DNA of 50,634 nucleotides, filler included, from Catajapyx aquilonaris (GCA_000934665.2; 3 parts of 3 records of this genome joined end to end with filler, not necessarily neighbours in it), one strand, 5' to 3'; positions 1 through 12,404 are shown, numbered from the whole stretch's first letter. Translations and numbers: made by a program. Notes: generated from the sequence alone by a model not told the origin.

Positions 1-410
1 AATTTCAAGAAAATCGGTGAGGTTGGAATTTGACCTCTGCCCTCAGAATTGGGTCACGAGGTCATTTAGATCAGGTAACTATAGGTGCGTTTTTCATCCC
101 TTGGTGTGGGCTACCAATGCACCGAATTTCAAGAAAATCGGTGAGGTCGAAATTTTATGATTTGACCTCTGCCCCCTCAAAATTGGGTCACGAGGTCATT
201 TTGATCAGGTAACTATAGGTGCGTTTTTCATCCCTTGGTGTGGGTTACCAATGCACCGAATTTGAAGAAAATCCGGTGAGGTCGAAATTTGACCTCTGCC
301 CCCCTCAAAATTGGGTCACGAGGTCATTTTGATCAGGTAACTATAGGTGCGTTTTTCATCCCTTGGGGTGGGCTACCAATGCACCGAATTTGAAAAAAAT
401 CGGCGAGGTC
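1..410. repeat. Tandem repeat, ~125-134 bp unit, ~3.2 copies, truncated by window start
   Basis: Unit aattt(c/g)aagaaaatcggtgaggt...ggtcacgaggtcattttgatcaggtaactataggtgcg...ctaccaatgcaccg recurs at about 1, 125, 259 and 387 with few changes. Confidence 0.95.
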
Positions 411-2115
411 ATAAAATTTCCGGAAAAGGGGGGGAAAAAAACTCTGGCCCTGGGGTAATGCAATCCTTCAAAAACTCCGTCATCAAAGGGTTAAAGTTAT
501 ACTTTCCTTAGTTTTGCGCAATTAGCTATACTGCATATGTGGCTCCCTTCTCTCATGTGGTACACAACTAAAATAATATCGGAGAATGATATTGTGGAGG
601 TTTGAATGCTATTTGTTCAAGTTTTCATTGTTTTTATCATAGCGTGGGAAAGCCTATTAAATGGCACTTGCAATAGTGTAGCCTATGTAACTGACTATAT
701 TCCTTGAAGGTGCAGGTAATAGGATCGAGCGGAAAGGAGCGTTGGTGGGATTTCTATATAAACAGACCTGAACTGAAAAGAATCATTGATTCTCCGGATA
801 TATGCATATATTTTCTTGCCAAATGAATAATGCATAAAAGGAGCAGAGTAACATAATTATTCATTACCGTGCATTTGACTAGAATGTCGACATAAATATT
901 GCTTCCATTTACATCGAGATATTTTATGCGTACCCATCCATAGTGCATTCACGCTATATACGAGTATTCAGTCAGGCTGCCACTGACAGTTAGCAAGTTA
1001 CATAAATAATGTGACATGCATGGTACTGTGTGTCGATGTGAATCTACGACTCTAGCTGAAAGGTCAAAGGGAACGTCAAGGTAACCACATTATGTAACAT
1101 ACTTCTAAACAATTCATAACTTATGGTCTCAAATTGCTAGCTGCATAAGTATGACTCATACATGAAATATGGTCATAAAATGACAAGAAACATATCAATA
1201 TTTTCGTAGGTATTACAATGTGACCCCCATTTATAGACAACGCAAAAATGTATAATTTTATAATAAAATCCAAATATCAGGCGAGATCTCTGTCAGGTTC
1301 TGAATCAGTCGTAAAATACGAGTATGAAGGTGATATTCTTAATATTCTTCCTGAAAATGTGGTTTTGCTTTTTTGTTTGTTTGTTTGTTGTTGTTGTTGT
1401 TACTAATGAGTAATGGTTAAAACATTCAAAATTGACCAAGTCTCCTAGGTCCTTTTGTATTGAATTGTTAATGACACAGTTTCTATTGTTGTAAAAAGAT
1501 CATTTTTGGAAGTGGCTGAAGTATTTTTCCAACTTGTTTGCGCGTGACTTGCAAGGCGATAATAAAACAGCCATGAGGCAGTTGTGCATGATTCCATTTT
1601 AAGGTTTAATATATGTAGCCCTTCACAATGACAAAGCGGGTCTGAAGTGTATTGTAGAGTTTTTAAAAGAGTGCTTAGACATTGTTGTTCTTACTTCAGA
1701 AAATCTCAATATAATTATCTATACGAAGCAACGTGTAGAAAAATGAGACGTTTAAAAACTATGGGAAATAAGTTGTTGGGGAAAGGCGCGACCGCATGAG
1801 TGTAGTGGTCACGATTGCCATCTTGTGAAGAGAGGAACAAAAATTAAAATCTAACCCTGCTTCAGAGCTACAGTTATCGCGAACTGAATTTAAAGTTGAT
1901 TCAAGATGCAGAAATGTATGTTTTCTTGCTCAGCGATTAATAATGCAGATTACAATGCAGAAAACAAGCGACATGTGGGCGATAAATTTATCAACATTAC
2001 TGCCAGCATAAACGATTGTGTTTACATCGAGACATTGCTTATTCATAACTAGTACACTCATTGTCACGCATTGTCAGACGACAGGAGCCTTTGGGAGTGC
2101 ACACTGCACAAATGA

Positions 2116-2149
2116 TATAAACACATTGTGACTTCTCTGTGATGTCAGT
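2116..2149 (+). promoter_or_regulatory. Core promoter of IR copy 1: TATA box plus arthropod initiator
   Basis: TATAAA at 2116-2121 and TCAGT at 2145-2149 place the TATA 31 nt upstream of the Inr A (2147), the canonical spacing. The site is ~130 nt upstream of the ATG and is conserved in the paralog. Confidence 0.7.
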
Positions 2150-2279
2150 GTGAGGCCACTACTCCTGCCCTCAGGTCAAAAGGAAGGTCAGCGTCATCAC
2201 ATTCCCTCGCATACATCTGGAGCGATGAAAAGGTCTCATAATACATTTCTGTGCAATTGTGTGTCAATATAATATGAAG

Positions 2280-4261
2280 ATGGGCTTACACATTTGCTTC
2301 CTTCTGGTGCTGTTTCTGTCAATGAGTCCTGAATCCCATCACATCATTTCTCATTTGGAGAAAGGAAAAGACTTGGACACAGTGCGAGAGTTTTTAACCG
2401 AGGTTTTGCGCGTGATGCCACGTTTGCAGCCTCCTCTGGTAATATCACACGACTACGACCGCTTACCCCATCAGCTGATGGATCTGATCAACTCTCGTCA
2501 CGACAGATACGAACTGACCATGGTCATCAGGAAAGGGGGATCGGTCGAGGACTTTCCCGGGAGGTTCCCATTCACAGACAAGACCGTCCATCTGGTTGCA
2601 TCGTTCAAGGACACATTCGGCGACCTATTAAATCGACTGGACCAACTAGCGAATCTCCGAACACGACTGGACCATTTCGTCATCTGGATCAAAGATTCAA
2701 CAAAGTACCGTCAGATTGAGAGTCTCTTCATGGACAAACCTGCTTCGCAATTCAAATACAAGGTAATTGTGACTACATCGGGAAATGGAAGCGCAGAGTT
2801 GAACTCCGTTTGCTTCTACTGCAACCACGGGGAACCGGAGTCGACGTATTTCGGTCCATTCTCAGCAGGTGATCGTCTGCCTGCCGTGGAAGAAGTGTTT
2901 CCTGACTACACGCGAGACTTCCACGGGAAAGTGTTGACGGGATCGTTCTTGCAAGCAGTAGATATGAATGAGACAATAAGGAAGATGAACAATGAGGAAA
3001 CCGTCCCCATGTCTGGACTGGCCATGATGTACGTTGGACGTGGATTCAAGACTCCCTGGAATGTAATAACCTTCGAACTGACTGTGGAAAGTGCAAGTGA
3101 TTCAACCCTTCCCAATGGCACCTGGGTGGGTAAAATTGCTGATGTAATGGCCGCGAAAAAGTTGACTTTGGATTTGCGATCCTTCCAAGTGCTGAAATGA
3201 TGCAGGTTATCGACCTTTCCGTGTCCACTACGACTGATCATTTAACATTTGTCACAACATTGCCAGGGAACGTGCACACCTGGCGTGTGATATTGCAACC
3301 ATTCACGCTGTTTTCTTGGGTACTAATTTTGGCTGGTATCATCGTGTCAGGTGTGGTCCTTTGGAGTATTGCTTTTGCTGAGTCAAAACTTTCCAGCTCG
3401 GAAAAGCCATCGATGGGCAAGTACTTTGCATATTCATCTGGGGCATTCGTAGGGCAGTTAAATTCTATAGATGATGATGGGTACACCATGAGAGTTTTCC
3501 TGATATTTTTTCTCTACGCGTCTCTGGTAATCAACACCTGCTACCAAGGCAAACTATTCGATTTCATGACCAATCCTGTGAAAGAGTTCTATCCGAACGA
3601 TTTTAGCGAAATAATGGACTCAGAATATACCCTATATTTTGTCACTCCACATAAGATTATTTTAGAAAGCATAGTGAACAGGAGCCTCGATAGGAATACC
3701 CCATTTCATCATGCTTTCGATACGTCAGAATCGCTGTGGACCCTACAAGAATGTGTAAAAATGTGCTTCGAGAAAAAGGCGGCTTGCGCGACTATAACAG
3801 TTTTGCTATTCGAAGAAACCACGAAATATGTCTATTTGAATGGTAATTCTCGCTTGCAATACACAGATGCTTCCGCTCTCGAATATTTCTTTCCAATGGG
3901 TGTCGCAAAGCGAGCAGTCTACCTTGACCATATTAATTTCATCATATTGAGCGGTAGTGAAGCAGGACTCTTGGATCAATGGGTAAGAACCTCCCAGTAT
4001 GGGCAATTTTGCGAAGAGCTGAAAGAAGTGCGAATGAGGGCTAAATTAACGGGCGATTACATGGAAGGGGAGGCTGAAAAATTCGGAATGAAACAGCTGA
4101 GTGGGCCCTTCTATTTGCTGGGGGTTGGATTAATTCTGAGTTTGGTTGCATTCGTATCTGAAAGTAGTTTTCCGTCTTGTTTTGGCCGATGCTGTTCCAA
4201 ACGAAACCGAGCCCCTGCCCTCCCACAAAATACGTATACTGTGTTAGTCCAACCAAGGTAG
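2280..4261 (+). pseudogene. Divergent ionotropic receptor (IR/variant iGluR) copy 1, interrupted by one +2 frameshift at ~3151-3160 (pseudogene, loss-of-function allele or assembly error)
   Basis: ORFs 2259-3200 and 3197-4261 are the N- and C-halves of the protein encoded intact at 7823-9796 and 14701-16683. Removing 2 nt from atggccGCgaaaaagtt restores MAEKVDFGFAILPSAEMMQV. Start set at the ATG aligned with the paralogs (KM-GLH). Confidence 0.85.
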
Positions 4262-5698
4262 AAAATTGCAGTTGAGACTTCTTCTTGTAATAGTAATATT
4301 TATAATTAGACTCCCGAAGACGTTTAGCTTAACAAAGCTGTTTATCACTATATTTCGTTCTTCTTTGCACATTGGGAAGCACCTATTATGAAATATGTAC
4401 CAAGCAAAATAGGCATCATGCTTATTTCCCATCCATCTTGTAATCAATGGTAAACCAAGGCAGTAGAAGGCAGTGTACTGGTTATATGCAACTTGACATA
4501 ATTTATGTCATTTGATCGAATGTTTTTTTCCAGCACTACATAACTCAGATGCACATAATATAGTATCACAATGTAGCCTATAACCTATGTTTTAAAGTAC
4601 GTTCATTATGTATTCAATCATGTCTATTAGTAAATAATTATGTAGAACATAGTACTGTATAATTATACGGTACTCGTATAATGTGGCATATTGTTCCAGA
4701 TGTAATGATATAATAAACCACATGCTCTACACGTACACATGGCAATTTATTAGTTACGTTTCCAAGTGAAGGTAGGTCCATAATAATTAGACTATAATTA
4801 TTGTGTAATACGAAATCAAATATTTTTAGTCAAGGTATAAATGTGAAAAAACTGCACATTTATTGTCCTAGTTTCCTTCAAATTTCCCAGGCAGAAAAGG
4901 GCTTCTGCGGCAACAAATAAACTGAAAACCTGTCATAAAATGTATAGTGCGTCCAGGATATCTGAATACTACATGTCATGTAATATACAACAATCATAAT
5001 ATCAGTTATGATAAATTACATAATCATATAAATTCAGTTTGCATTTTTCTCGGTGACCATCACATCATCCCCTGCAATATTCTTATTGAATAAACAACTG
5101 ATGAGTGATGATAAAGAACATGATCTTTGGTAAATTGATTACATAACTCTATTGGCTATGCCTAAAACCCATAATTTACAAGTACAGTACACGTTGTACA
5201 CGCATGCACAGAGTTCCGCACACGCTATGTACTCTGGCGAGAGATGCCCTGGGGAGTTAACAAGTCACATAAATAGGCAACTATTTCCCTGGTTTATTAA
5301 TACAAACAATGACGCTTAATTCCAGGTCATAAAAGGACGAGAAAAATGTTTCTGTCCGGCTGCAATATGACCGCAAATAATGTGTACTGACCTACCTGCT
5401 CTTTAGCGATTTAGCTTAAGCGTGATTTTGAAAATGCTGTGAAAAGTGCAATTGCGATTTGTAATTAGCAGTTATTTAAACAACAACAACAACAACGACA
5501 ACTCAAACAGTTCAATTCCTTTAAACTGTCAAATATTGGTGAATGACAAGACATATCACATTGTTAACACTTAACAGAAGGTGTTCAAAATCACCAACAC
5601 ACCCACTCACCCACCAACCCAATGGAAATACCGGGTGACTGGGAACAACACCGAAAAATTTTGCGGCCTGATAGAGAATGTCAGGTTAAGCTAATTTT

Positions 5699-6228
5699 GA
5701 TAATGAACCCATGTCCGAAAACGTCACGTGGGTAGTAGACCTATGTGCGAATCTTCCTAAGCTAACCTGTGATAACTGTCAGGGAAGATTCGCACCCTCT
5801 GCTACCGTCCAACACATTTCAGTGGCCAACACCTTCGCTTTGGGGAGAGACATGTGTCAAAGAAGGGCCCAAGGGAGACGACATTGATTGAGTCAGTTTT
5901 TATTTCACAGGAGTTGCTTAAAAAGTCTGTCATTAGCAGTCAAGCAAGCCTCGCAACGTCTGACCATCGACTGCCTGGCGCGTTCAAAAGGGTTGCCCAC
6001 CGCGTGTCCCCTGGTATGCGATTCCGCTTACACATCAATGTCGTCGCCCTTCTTTGACACCTGTCTCTCCCCAAATGCGAAGGTGTTGGCCACTGAAATG
6101 TGTGGAGCGGTAGCAGAGGGTGCGAATCTTCCCGGGCAGTTATCACACGCTACCTTAGAAAGATCCTAACCATCATGGAGGGAGGCCCTACTGCCCACGT
6201 GACATTTCCGGAGATGTGCTCATTATCG
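5699..6228. mobile_element. Foldback/MITE-like element with ~190-bp imperfect inverted arms
   Basis: 5699-5888 (gataactgtcagggaagattcgcaccctctgctaccg...tgtgtcaaagaagggc) is the reverse complement of 6034-6228 (gcccttctttgacac...cggtagcagagggtgcgaatcttccc...gttatcaca). Confidence 0.75.
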
Positions 6229-7297
6229 ATGATTTCTTTTCCTGCCCATCTCTCCCGATCAACAAAATAAATAAATGAAAATTACTGTAGGACCCGTATC
6301 AAGGCATCGTTAGGGGGAATACATGTGTAACCAAAAATGTGCTCCAGAAAAAATACGCCAAAAACGATTATGCTAGCCGCTCCAGAACGGCGATGCGATT
6401 TTTGCCTAATCGGCCGTCCTTCTGACTGGGGGAGGGTTCGATGGGTGGCCATCCAGGATGTTTTATACCACCTGCTTGAAAGCCTTTTTCGCGGTATTGA
6501 GGCGGCCTATAGGCATAATCACTGATCTACATAACGTGATCCTCTGGTGCCTAGGTCGGGGGTGGTATAGGTTTGTCGGTGTTTTTCATGAACACCCAGT
6601 ATAGAACGCCTTGTAACTTCTGTTGAAATTAAAATTTTACGCTGGACTATTTTTTCTATCTTAGTTTCTGCCTTCTAAACCATGACTTAAAATATTATTA
6701 AAATATCATCAGTAGATCAACCTCAGGAACAAATGGGTTAATAATTCGCTTAATTGTTTAATTGTTTCCTTTCAACGTCACAAAGCGGGTGAAACCGGGG
6801 TAAATAAGGGTATTGGAGAGTTTTTAAAATAGTTCTTAGGCACTATTGTCTTTGCACCACCATAAAATTTCAATCAATCAATACAACATGTGTAGAATAG
6901 GCCGACTTTAAAAACTGTGGAAAATACGTATAAGTAGGGTTGGTGTTCGTGAATCGCATGAGTGTAGTGGTCACGATTGCAGCCTTACGAAGAGAAAAAT
7001 TAAATTATAAATTAAAATTAAAATCATGTCCCTGCCGTCACAGCTGCAGTAATCGTGGCATGACTTTATACGTAATTGATTCAAAAGGCACAAATGTTTC
7101 TGTTTTCTTGCTCTGCGAATAATAATGAAGAAAAAAGCGACATATGGCAGATAAATTAATCAGCATTACTGCCGGCATAAAAACATTGTGTTTACATCGA
7201 GACATTGCCTACTCATAACAGGTATAGTCATTGTCACGCTATGCAGTCATGTGACAGGTGCCTTTTGGGGTGCACAAGTGATATAAAACCATTGTGA

Positions 7298-7636
7298 GGG
7301 AGGCGAAGTGGCGCAACGGTAACGTTCGCGCCCACGGATGTTAAGGTCCCGGGTTCGATCCCGGCCCGGGGACACCCCCTTCATCTCGTGCAGAGTAAAG
7401 TGTCGTCTCTGACTTCGTCTCGGGTGGTATTTCCTACAGACTAAACCACCCGGGGGAGCTCACAAAACGGCCACTTGCGGACAAGGCACTGCACTTGCAC
7501 ATCCCCTCCTGTCATCCCTTCCTGCCCGTGGGCCCGGGCGTGATAAATAGGATCCAGCTGTACTGATGATTAATAATAAAGGTCCAGGCAAAATCCCAAT
7601 AGGGGTACGCCCATACCCAAGTATTATTTTTTAAAA
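7298..7636 (+). mobile_element. tRNA-derived SINE (tRNA-Arg(ACG)-like head) with 13-bp target-site duplication
   Basis: A-box gtggcgcaacgg and B-box ggttcgatccc in the head, and an AT-rich tail. TSD aaaaccattgtga at 7285-7297 and 7637-7649. The empty site is present in the IR1 promoter (~2118-2131), and a second family member starts at 47072. Confidence 0.9.
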
Positions 7637-7822
7637 AAAACCATTGTGACTTCTGCGAGATATCAGTGTGAGACCACGACTTCTCACATAAGGTCAAAAG
7701 AAAGGTCAGTGTTTTCATATGAGTATTATTTCGTCTTATACGAGTATACATCTTCAAATATTCAAATTGATGTATACATACTAACATTATCATGTCTTCA
7801 CATATTTTCATTGGATACGAAG

Positions 7823-9796
7823 ATGAGCACTCACACTTGCTTCCTTCTGGTGCTGCTTTTGGCAGTGAGTCCTGAATCCCATCACATCATTTCTCATTTG
7901 GAGAAAAGAGGAGAATTGGACACAGTGCGAGAGTTTCTAACCGAGGTTTTGCGCGTGATGCCACGTTCGCAGCCTCCTCTAGTAATATCACACGACTACG
8001 ACCGCTTACCCCATCAGCTGATGGATCTGATCAACTCTCGTCACGACAGATACGAACTGACCATGGTCATCAGGAAAGGGGGATCGGTCGAGGACTTTCC
8101 AAGGAGATTCCCATTCACAGACAAGACCGTCCATCTGGTTGCAGCGTCCAAGGATACATTCGGCGACCTAATAAATCGAATGGACCAACTAGCGAATCTC
8201 CGAACACGTCTGGACCATTTCGTCATCTGGATCAAAGATTCAACAAAGTACCGCCAGATTGAGAGTCTCTTCATGGACAAACCGGCCTCGTACTTCAAGT
8301 ACAAGGTAATTGTGACAACATCAGGAAACGGAAGCGCAGAGTTGAACTCGGTTTGCTTCTACTGCAACCACGGGGTACCAGATTCGAAGTATCTCGGTCC
8401 ATTCTCAGCAGGTGATCGTCTGCCTGTCGTGGATGAAGTGTTTCCTGACTACACGCGAGACTTCCACGGGAAAATCATAAGGGGATCCGGCTTGCTAGAA
8501 GTAGACATGGAGGAGACAGTAAGGAGAAGGGACAACAGGGAATACTTGACCATAACTGAACATGCACTGCTGTACGTGGGACAATGCTTCAAGACTCCCT
8601 GGATGGTAACAACCTTCGAACTGACTGTGGAAAGTGCGAGTGATTCACCACTTCCCAACGGCACATGGGTTGGTAAGATAGCTGAATTAATTGACGAAAA
8701 AGTTGAATTTGGATTTGGAATCCTTCCAAGTGCTGAATCATTCCAAGTTGTCGAGCTTACCGAGGCTATGTTTACCGATTATGTCACTTTTGTCACAACA
8801 TTGCCAAGGAATGTCCACACCTGGCGAGTGATAGTGCAGCCGTACACATTATTTTCTTGGGTACTAATTTTTGCTGGTATCATCCTGTCAGGTGTGGTCC
8901 TTTGGGGTATTGCTTTTGCTGAATCAAATCTTTCCAGCTCGGAAAAGCCATTGGTGAGCAAGTACTTTGGATATGCTTCAGGAGCATTCGTAGGGCAGTT
9001 CAATTCTATAGATGATGACGGGTCCACCATGAGAATTTTCCTGGCATTTTTTCTCTACGCGTCTATGATAATCAGCACCTGCTACCAAGGCAAACTATTT
9101 GAATTCATGACCAATCCTGAGAAAGAGTTTTACCCGAACGATTACAGTGAATTATTAGATTCAGAATTCACTCTCTATTTCGCCACTCCTCATCAAGTTG
9201 TTTTACACAGCATGTTGGAAAAAAGTGCTGATAATACAACCGCATTTATTCTGGCTGTTAAGAAGTCAAAATCGGTGTGGACCCTAAAAGAATGCGTAGA
9301 AATGTGCATGAAGGAAAAGGCAGCCTGCGCTACTATATCAGTTTTACTGTTCGAAGAAACCCAGCGTCATGTCGATATGAATGGTAACTCGCGCTTGCAA
9401 TACACAGATGCTTCTGCCTTCGAATCATTTTTCTCATTGGCTGTCCCAATGCGAGCAGTCTACCTTGACCACTTAAACTTTATGATAAAGAGCGGTTTAT
9501 CTTTCGGACTCAAAGAACATTGGATAGATTCCTCCTCTTATGGGCAATTTTTCAAAGGGCTGAAAGAGATGCAACGGAAGGCTAAATTAACGGGAGAAGT
9601 CGTAGGAGTGGTGGCTGAAAAATTCGGAATGAAACAGCTCAGTGGGCCCTTCTATTTGCTGGGGGTTGGAATCATTCTGAGTCTGGTTGCATTCGTATCT
9701 GAAAGTAGTTTTCTGTTTTGTTTTGGCCCATCCCGCTCCAAACGTAACCGAGCCCCTGCCCTCCCACAAAATACTGTGTTAGTCCAACCAAGATAG
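7823..9796 (+). CDS. Divergent ionotropic receptor (chemosensory IR) copy 2, 657 aa, uninterrupted CDS
   Basis: Hydrophobic N-terminus, S1 lobe (NGTWVGKIAELIDEKVEFG), M1 (QPYTLFSWVLIFAG), pore/M2 (STCYQGKLF in place of SYTANL), S2 and final TM (LSGPFYLLGVGIILSLVAFVSE). First ATG aligned with the paralogs is at 7823. Confidence 0.9.
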   Translation: MSTHTCFLLVLLLAVSPESHHIISHLEKRGELDTVREFLTEVLRVMPRSQPPLVISHDYDRLPHQLMDLINSRHDRYELTMVIRKGGSVEDFPRRFPFTDKTVHLVAASKDTFGDLINRMDQLANLRTRLDHFVIWIKDSTKYRQIESLFMDKPASYFKYKVIVTTSGNGSAELNSVCFYCNHGVPDSKYLGPFSAGDRLPVVDEVFPDYTRDFHGKIIRGSGLLEVDMEETVRRRDNREYLTITEHALLYVGQCFKTPWMVTTFELTVESASDSPLPNGTWVGKIAELIDEKVEFGFGILPSAESFQVVELTEAMFTDYVTFVTTLPRNVHTWRVIVQPYTLFSWVLIFAGIILSGVVLWGIAFAESNLSSSEKPLVSKYFGYASGAFVGQFNSIDDDGSTMRIFLAFFLYASMIISTCYQGKLFEFMTNPEKEFYPNDYSELLDSEFTLYFATPHQVVLHSMLEKSADNTTAFILAVKKSKSVWTLKECVEMCMKEKAACATISVLLFEETQRHVDMNGNSRLQYTDASAFESFFSLAVPMRAVYLDHLNFMIKSGLSFGLKEHWIDSSSYGQFFKGLKEMQRKAKLTGEVVGVVAEKFGMKQLSGPFYLLGVGIILSLVAFVSESSFLFCFGPSRSKRNRAPALPQNTVLVQPR

Positions 9797-10910
9797 AAAG
9801 TCGCACATGATACTTCTTCATGTAAGAGTAATATTTAAAATTACCTATATTACCGAAATGTTTACAATGATTCCGATACGCATCTGCAGGATGAGTTCCT
9901 CCTGGGAACTATTTGTATTGGATTGGGGCCATTATTTTAGAATTCGTAATGGGACAAGTATTTCGTCACGTTGTGAACAGGGTGTGTCTCTGCCCAAGTT
10001 GACGATACGAAGAGTTGGGCACTTCTCATCTGGTTCCGACCTCTAATAGCCCCTGACTCTGAACAATAATGGACTGTTTTTTCATCGCCAAGGGTGACAA
10101 ATCCACTCCATCCCGTCCCATCTTTTCCTTCGTAAACCTGGGCTGAGAAACATATTGTGAGGTTGTCACTACCTAAATTTCGTTTGCAAATAACCCCACC
10201 TTCTTCCCCACTCTTGGAGGCACGCACAATACCATGCGCGTTTAAACAGGAACTCACCAGAGACCTCCTCGGAGATATTTATGCACTTCTTGTCTGCACA
10301 GTTTGCAGCTGTATAAAGAAGCAGCAGAAAATACCTTAAGACGTAACAAATTCTCCCAGGTTTTTCTGACTCAAGTGGCATATTTACCAGATGGTTGACA
10401 ATCGCGTCCCAGCCTAGGAGGTAAAAACGTTGTCCCTACAAAAATGTACTTCAGCTAGGAAGTTTGCGTTTGTCAAACCCAATGTAATGTAGTTACTTAG
10501 TAATTGGTCATAATATAGTGTAAGTGGATGTATTATGACGTTTGTTGTTACATTGTACAAAGCATGAAATTATACCTTCTTTTTGCCTCAAGGGCCAAAT
10601 GGGATGTAGATGAAAGACCCAGCGAAGTAAGAGACTGTATATGCAGAAAGAAAAACGAAAGCCACCAATCCGCAGTTGGGATGAGAGCGTGTTAATATAT
10701 TACATAATCACATATACTCTTCACGAATAAAGTGATAATAAAGAACAGGATCTTAAAGCTGATGACATAACCTTATTGACCATGCCTAAAATACTTGTCA
10801 TGATCTACCAGTACGCATTGTACACGCATGCACAGAGATATGACAAGATCAGCAAATGTCACGCTATGCACGCATGCAAGAGATGACCTGGGGAGTTAAC
10901 AAGTCATATA

Positions 10911-10985
10911 AATAGGCAATCATTTCCCTGGGTTAAGGTTAAAGAGTCATTGTTTAACCTTAACCCAGGGAAATGATTGCCTATT
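10911..10985. repeat. Perfect 33-bp inverted repeat with 9-nt loop
   Basis: aataggcaatcatttccctgggttaaggttaaa (10911-10943), loop gagtcattg, then the exact reverse complement at 10953-10985. Confidence 0.95.
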
Positions 10986-11924
10986 GAATCCAAGTCAGAT
11001 AATAAATCATAAAAGTATTTCCTTCGGGCAAATGGCTGTCTGAGCACTAATGAGAAGTACGTAAATATTATCAGATTTATGCACAATATACGACAATGAT
11101 CTTGCCCATTTTCAGGGTTCTAATGCTACTACGTAGATGATGGATGTTGTCATCTTTCAATGCCTACACTCTTACGGATTGTATCATCTCTATAACCAAT
11201 TTACCAAAAGAATTTCTCACCTGAAAAGTGATAATGAATAGATGCCATAATCCTCCTTTATGGCTCTTTGGAGTATGATGTGGCTTCGATTGAATCGAAA
11301 CATTATTTCAGCTCTAAGATGTCACTAGTGGTAAAAGTTGTGAAAAAGTACTTAAAATAAGTTTATGCTGCGGTCGAGAGTTCATATAGAGCAAAGTAAT
11401 TACATTTAAAGGGCCGTTGCCCCTAACCAAAAGCAGGCAAGTAAGACCGTAGCATAGCACATCAACAATGAATTTTTCCTACTTCTTGTTATTCTCGTTA
11501 CGTTTTTTTTATTCGCCCTAACTCAAATACTGCTCCAGGTAGAGCTTCAAAATTTTGAACACAGATCCCCACCGTCTCATGAAGTGTATTCCTACCATTT
11601 ACAGCTAAACTCAATTCCTCTTCAAAACGCTGAAAAAAAAATTAAAAACCACTACAAAATTCGTCTTAATTTTTTTGCTCAATATCTATTAGGAATTCGG
11701 TTTCTTCATCAGAGGGACGAATGCGAAGTAGGATGGTGTGGATCTATGATCAAAACCTCACAGTTCCACCTGCTGCAGGATTTAAGTTATGATCCCCCCC
11801 ATTTTTTTCCGTCATTACTTCATTTGTTCCTGATTCATGTCAATTCTTGTTTATCAACTCGCCATATTGTTATCGAAATGTTATCTCGCTGCTCTGGGGT
11901 GAACGCATTGTAACCTACTTATTA

Positions 11925-12356
11925 CAGTTGAATCAGGATGACAGCCTCGGCTATAACAGACTTTTGGTTATAAAGCCAGGTTCCGCGATGCTTCCATAAG
12001 GCCCTGTGTATTTGACTCCTGAAATAACAGACTCATTTTCACCTCACCTCGGGTATAACAGACCATTTCTTGGCCCCTCGGTGTGAAAATATACCGTAAC
12101 TAGTTTTCCTTTTCCATGTTTAAAATATGAAAAATGGAGCAGAAGATAAATTCGTATCTTTTGGTCCTGAATAATTTTCGGGTGAGCTAATATTGCATTT
12201 TTGACAGATTTCATTATAATAATATAATCGGTATGTAGTCTAGAAGTGCATATTACAACTATATTGAAAGCAGAAATATCTGGTTTTGTGCGACGATTCG
12301 GCTATAACAGACTTATTTCGCGCTCTCTTGAAGTTTGCTTTATCCAGATTCAACTG
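11925..12356. mobile_element. pogo/Tigger-like MITE
   Basis: TA|cagttgaatcaggat...atccagattcaactg|TA termini, with the internal motif ggctataacagac repeated (~11949, ~12051, ~12300). Confidence 0.75.
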
Positions 12357-12404
12357 TACTATTAACCCGTTCGCTACCTGCTATATCCCCATCGCCATCC
12401 CCAG

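Noticed and set aside
1..410. CRISPR-like array
   Set aside because: Units repeat along their full length with no unique spacers, the context is eukaryotic, and no cas genes are present.
7298..7372. Functional tRNA gene (also 42130-42206, 47072-47145, 48285-48356)
   Set aside because: A/B boxes are present but acceptor and anticodon stems do not pair properly. Most are followed by a SINE body/tail, and two have TSDs.
7646..7822. N-terminal extensions of IR ORFs in the ORF track (also 14341-14700, 2259-2279)
   Set aside because: Non-ATG starts, not conserved between paralogs; in copy 2 the extension begins upstream of the predicted TSS.
9937..10381. Possible Tc1/mariner transposase remnant (..FVTLGDEKTVHY..)
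   Set aside because: Only one short motif resembles the first catalytic Asp region. I could not find the other motifs or TIRs; a translated search is needed.
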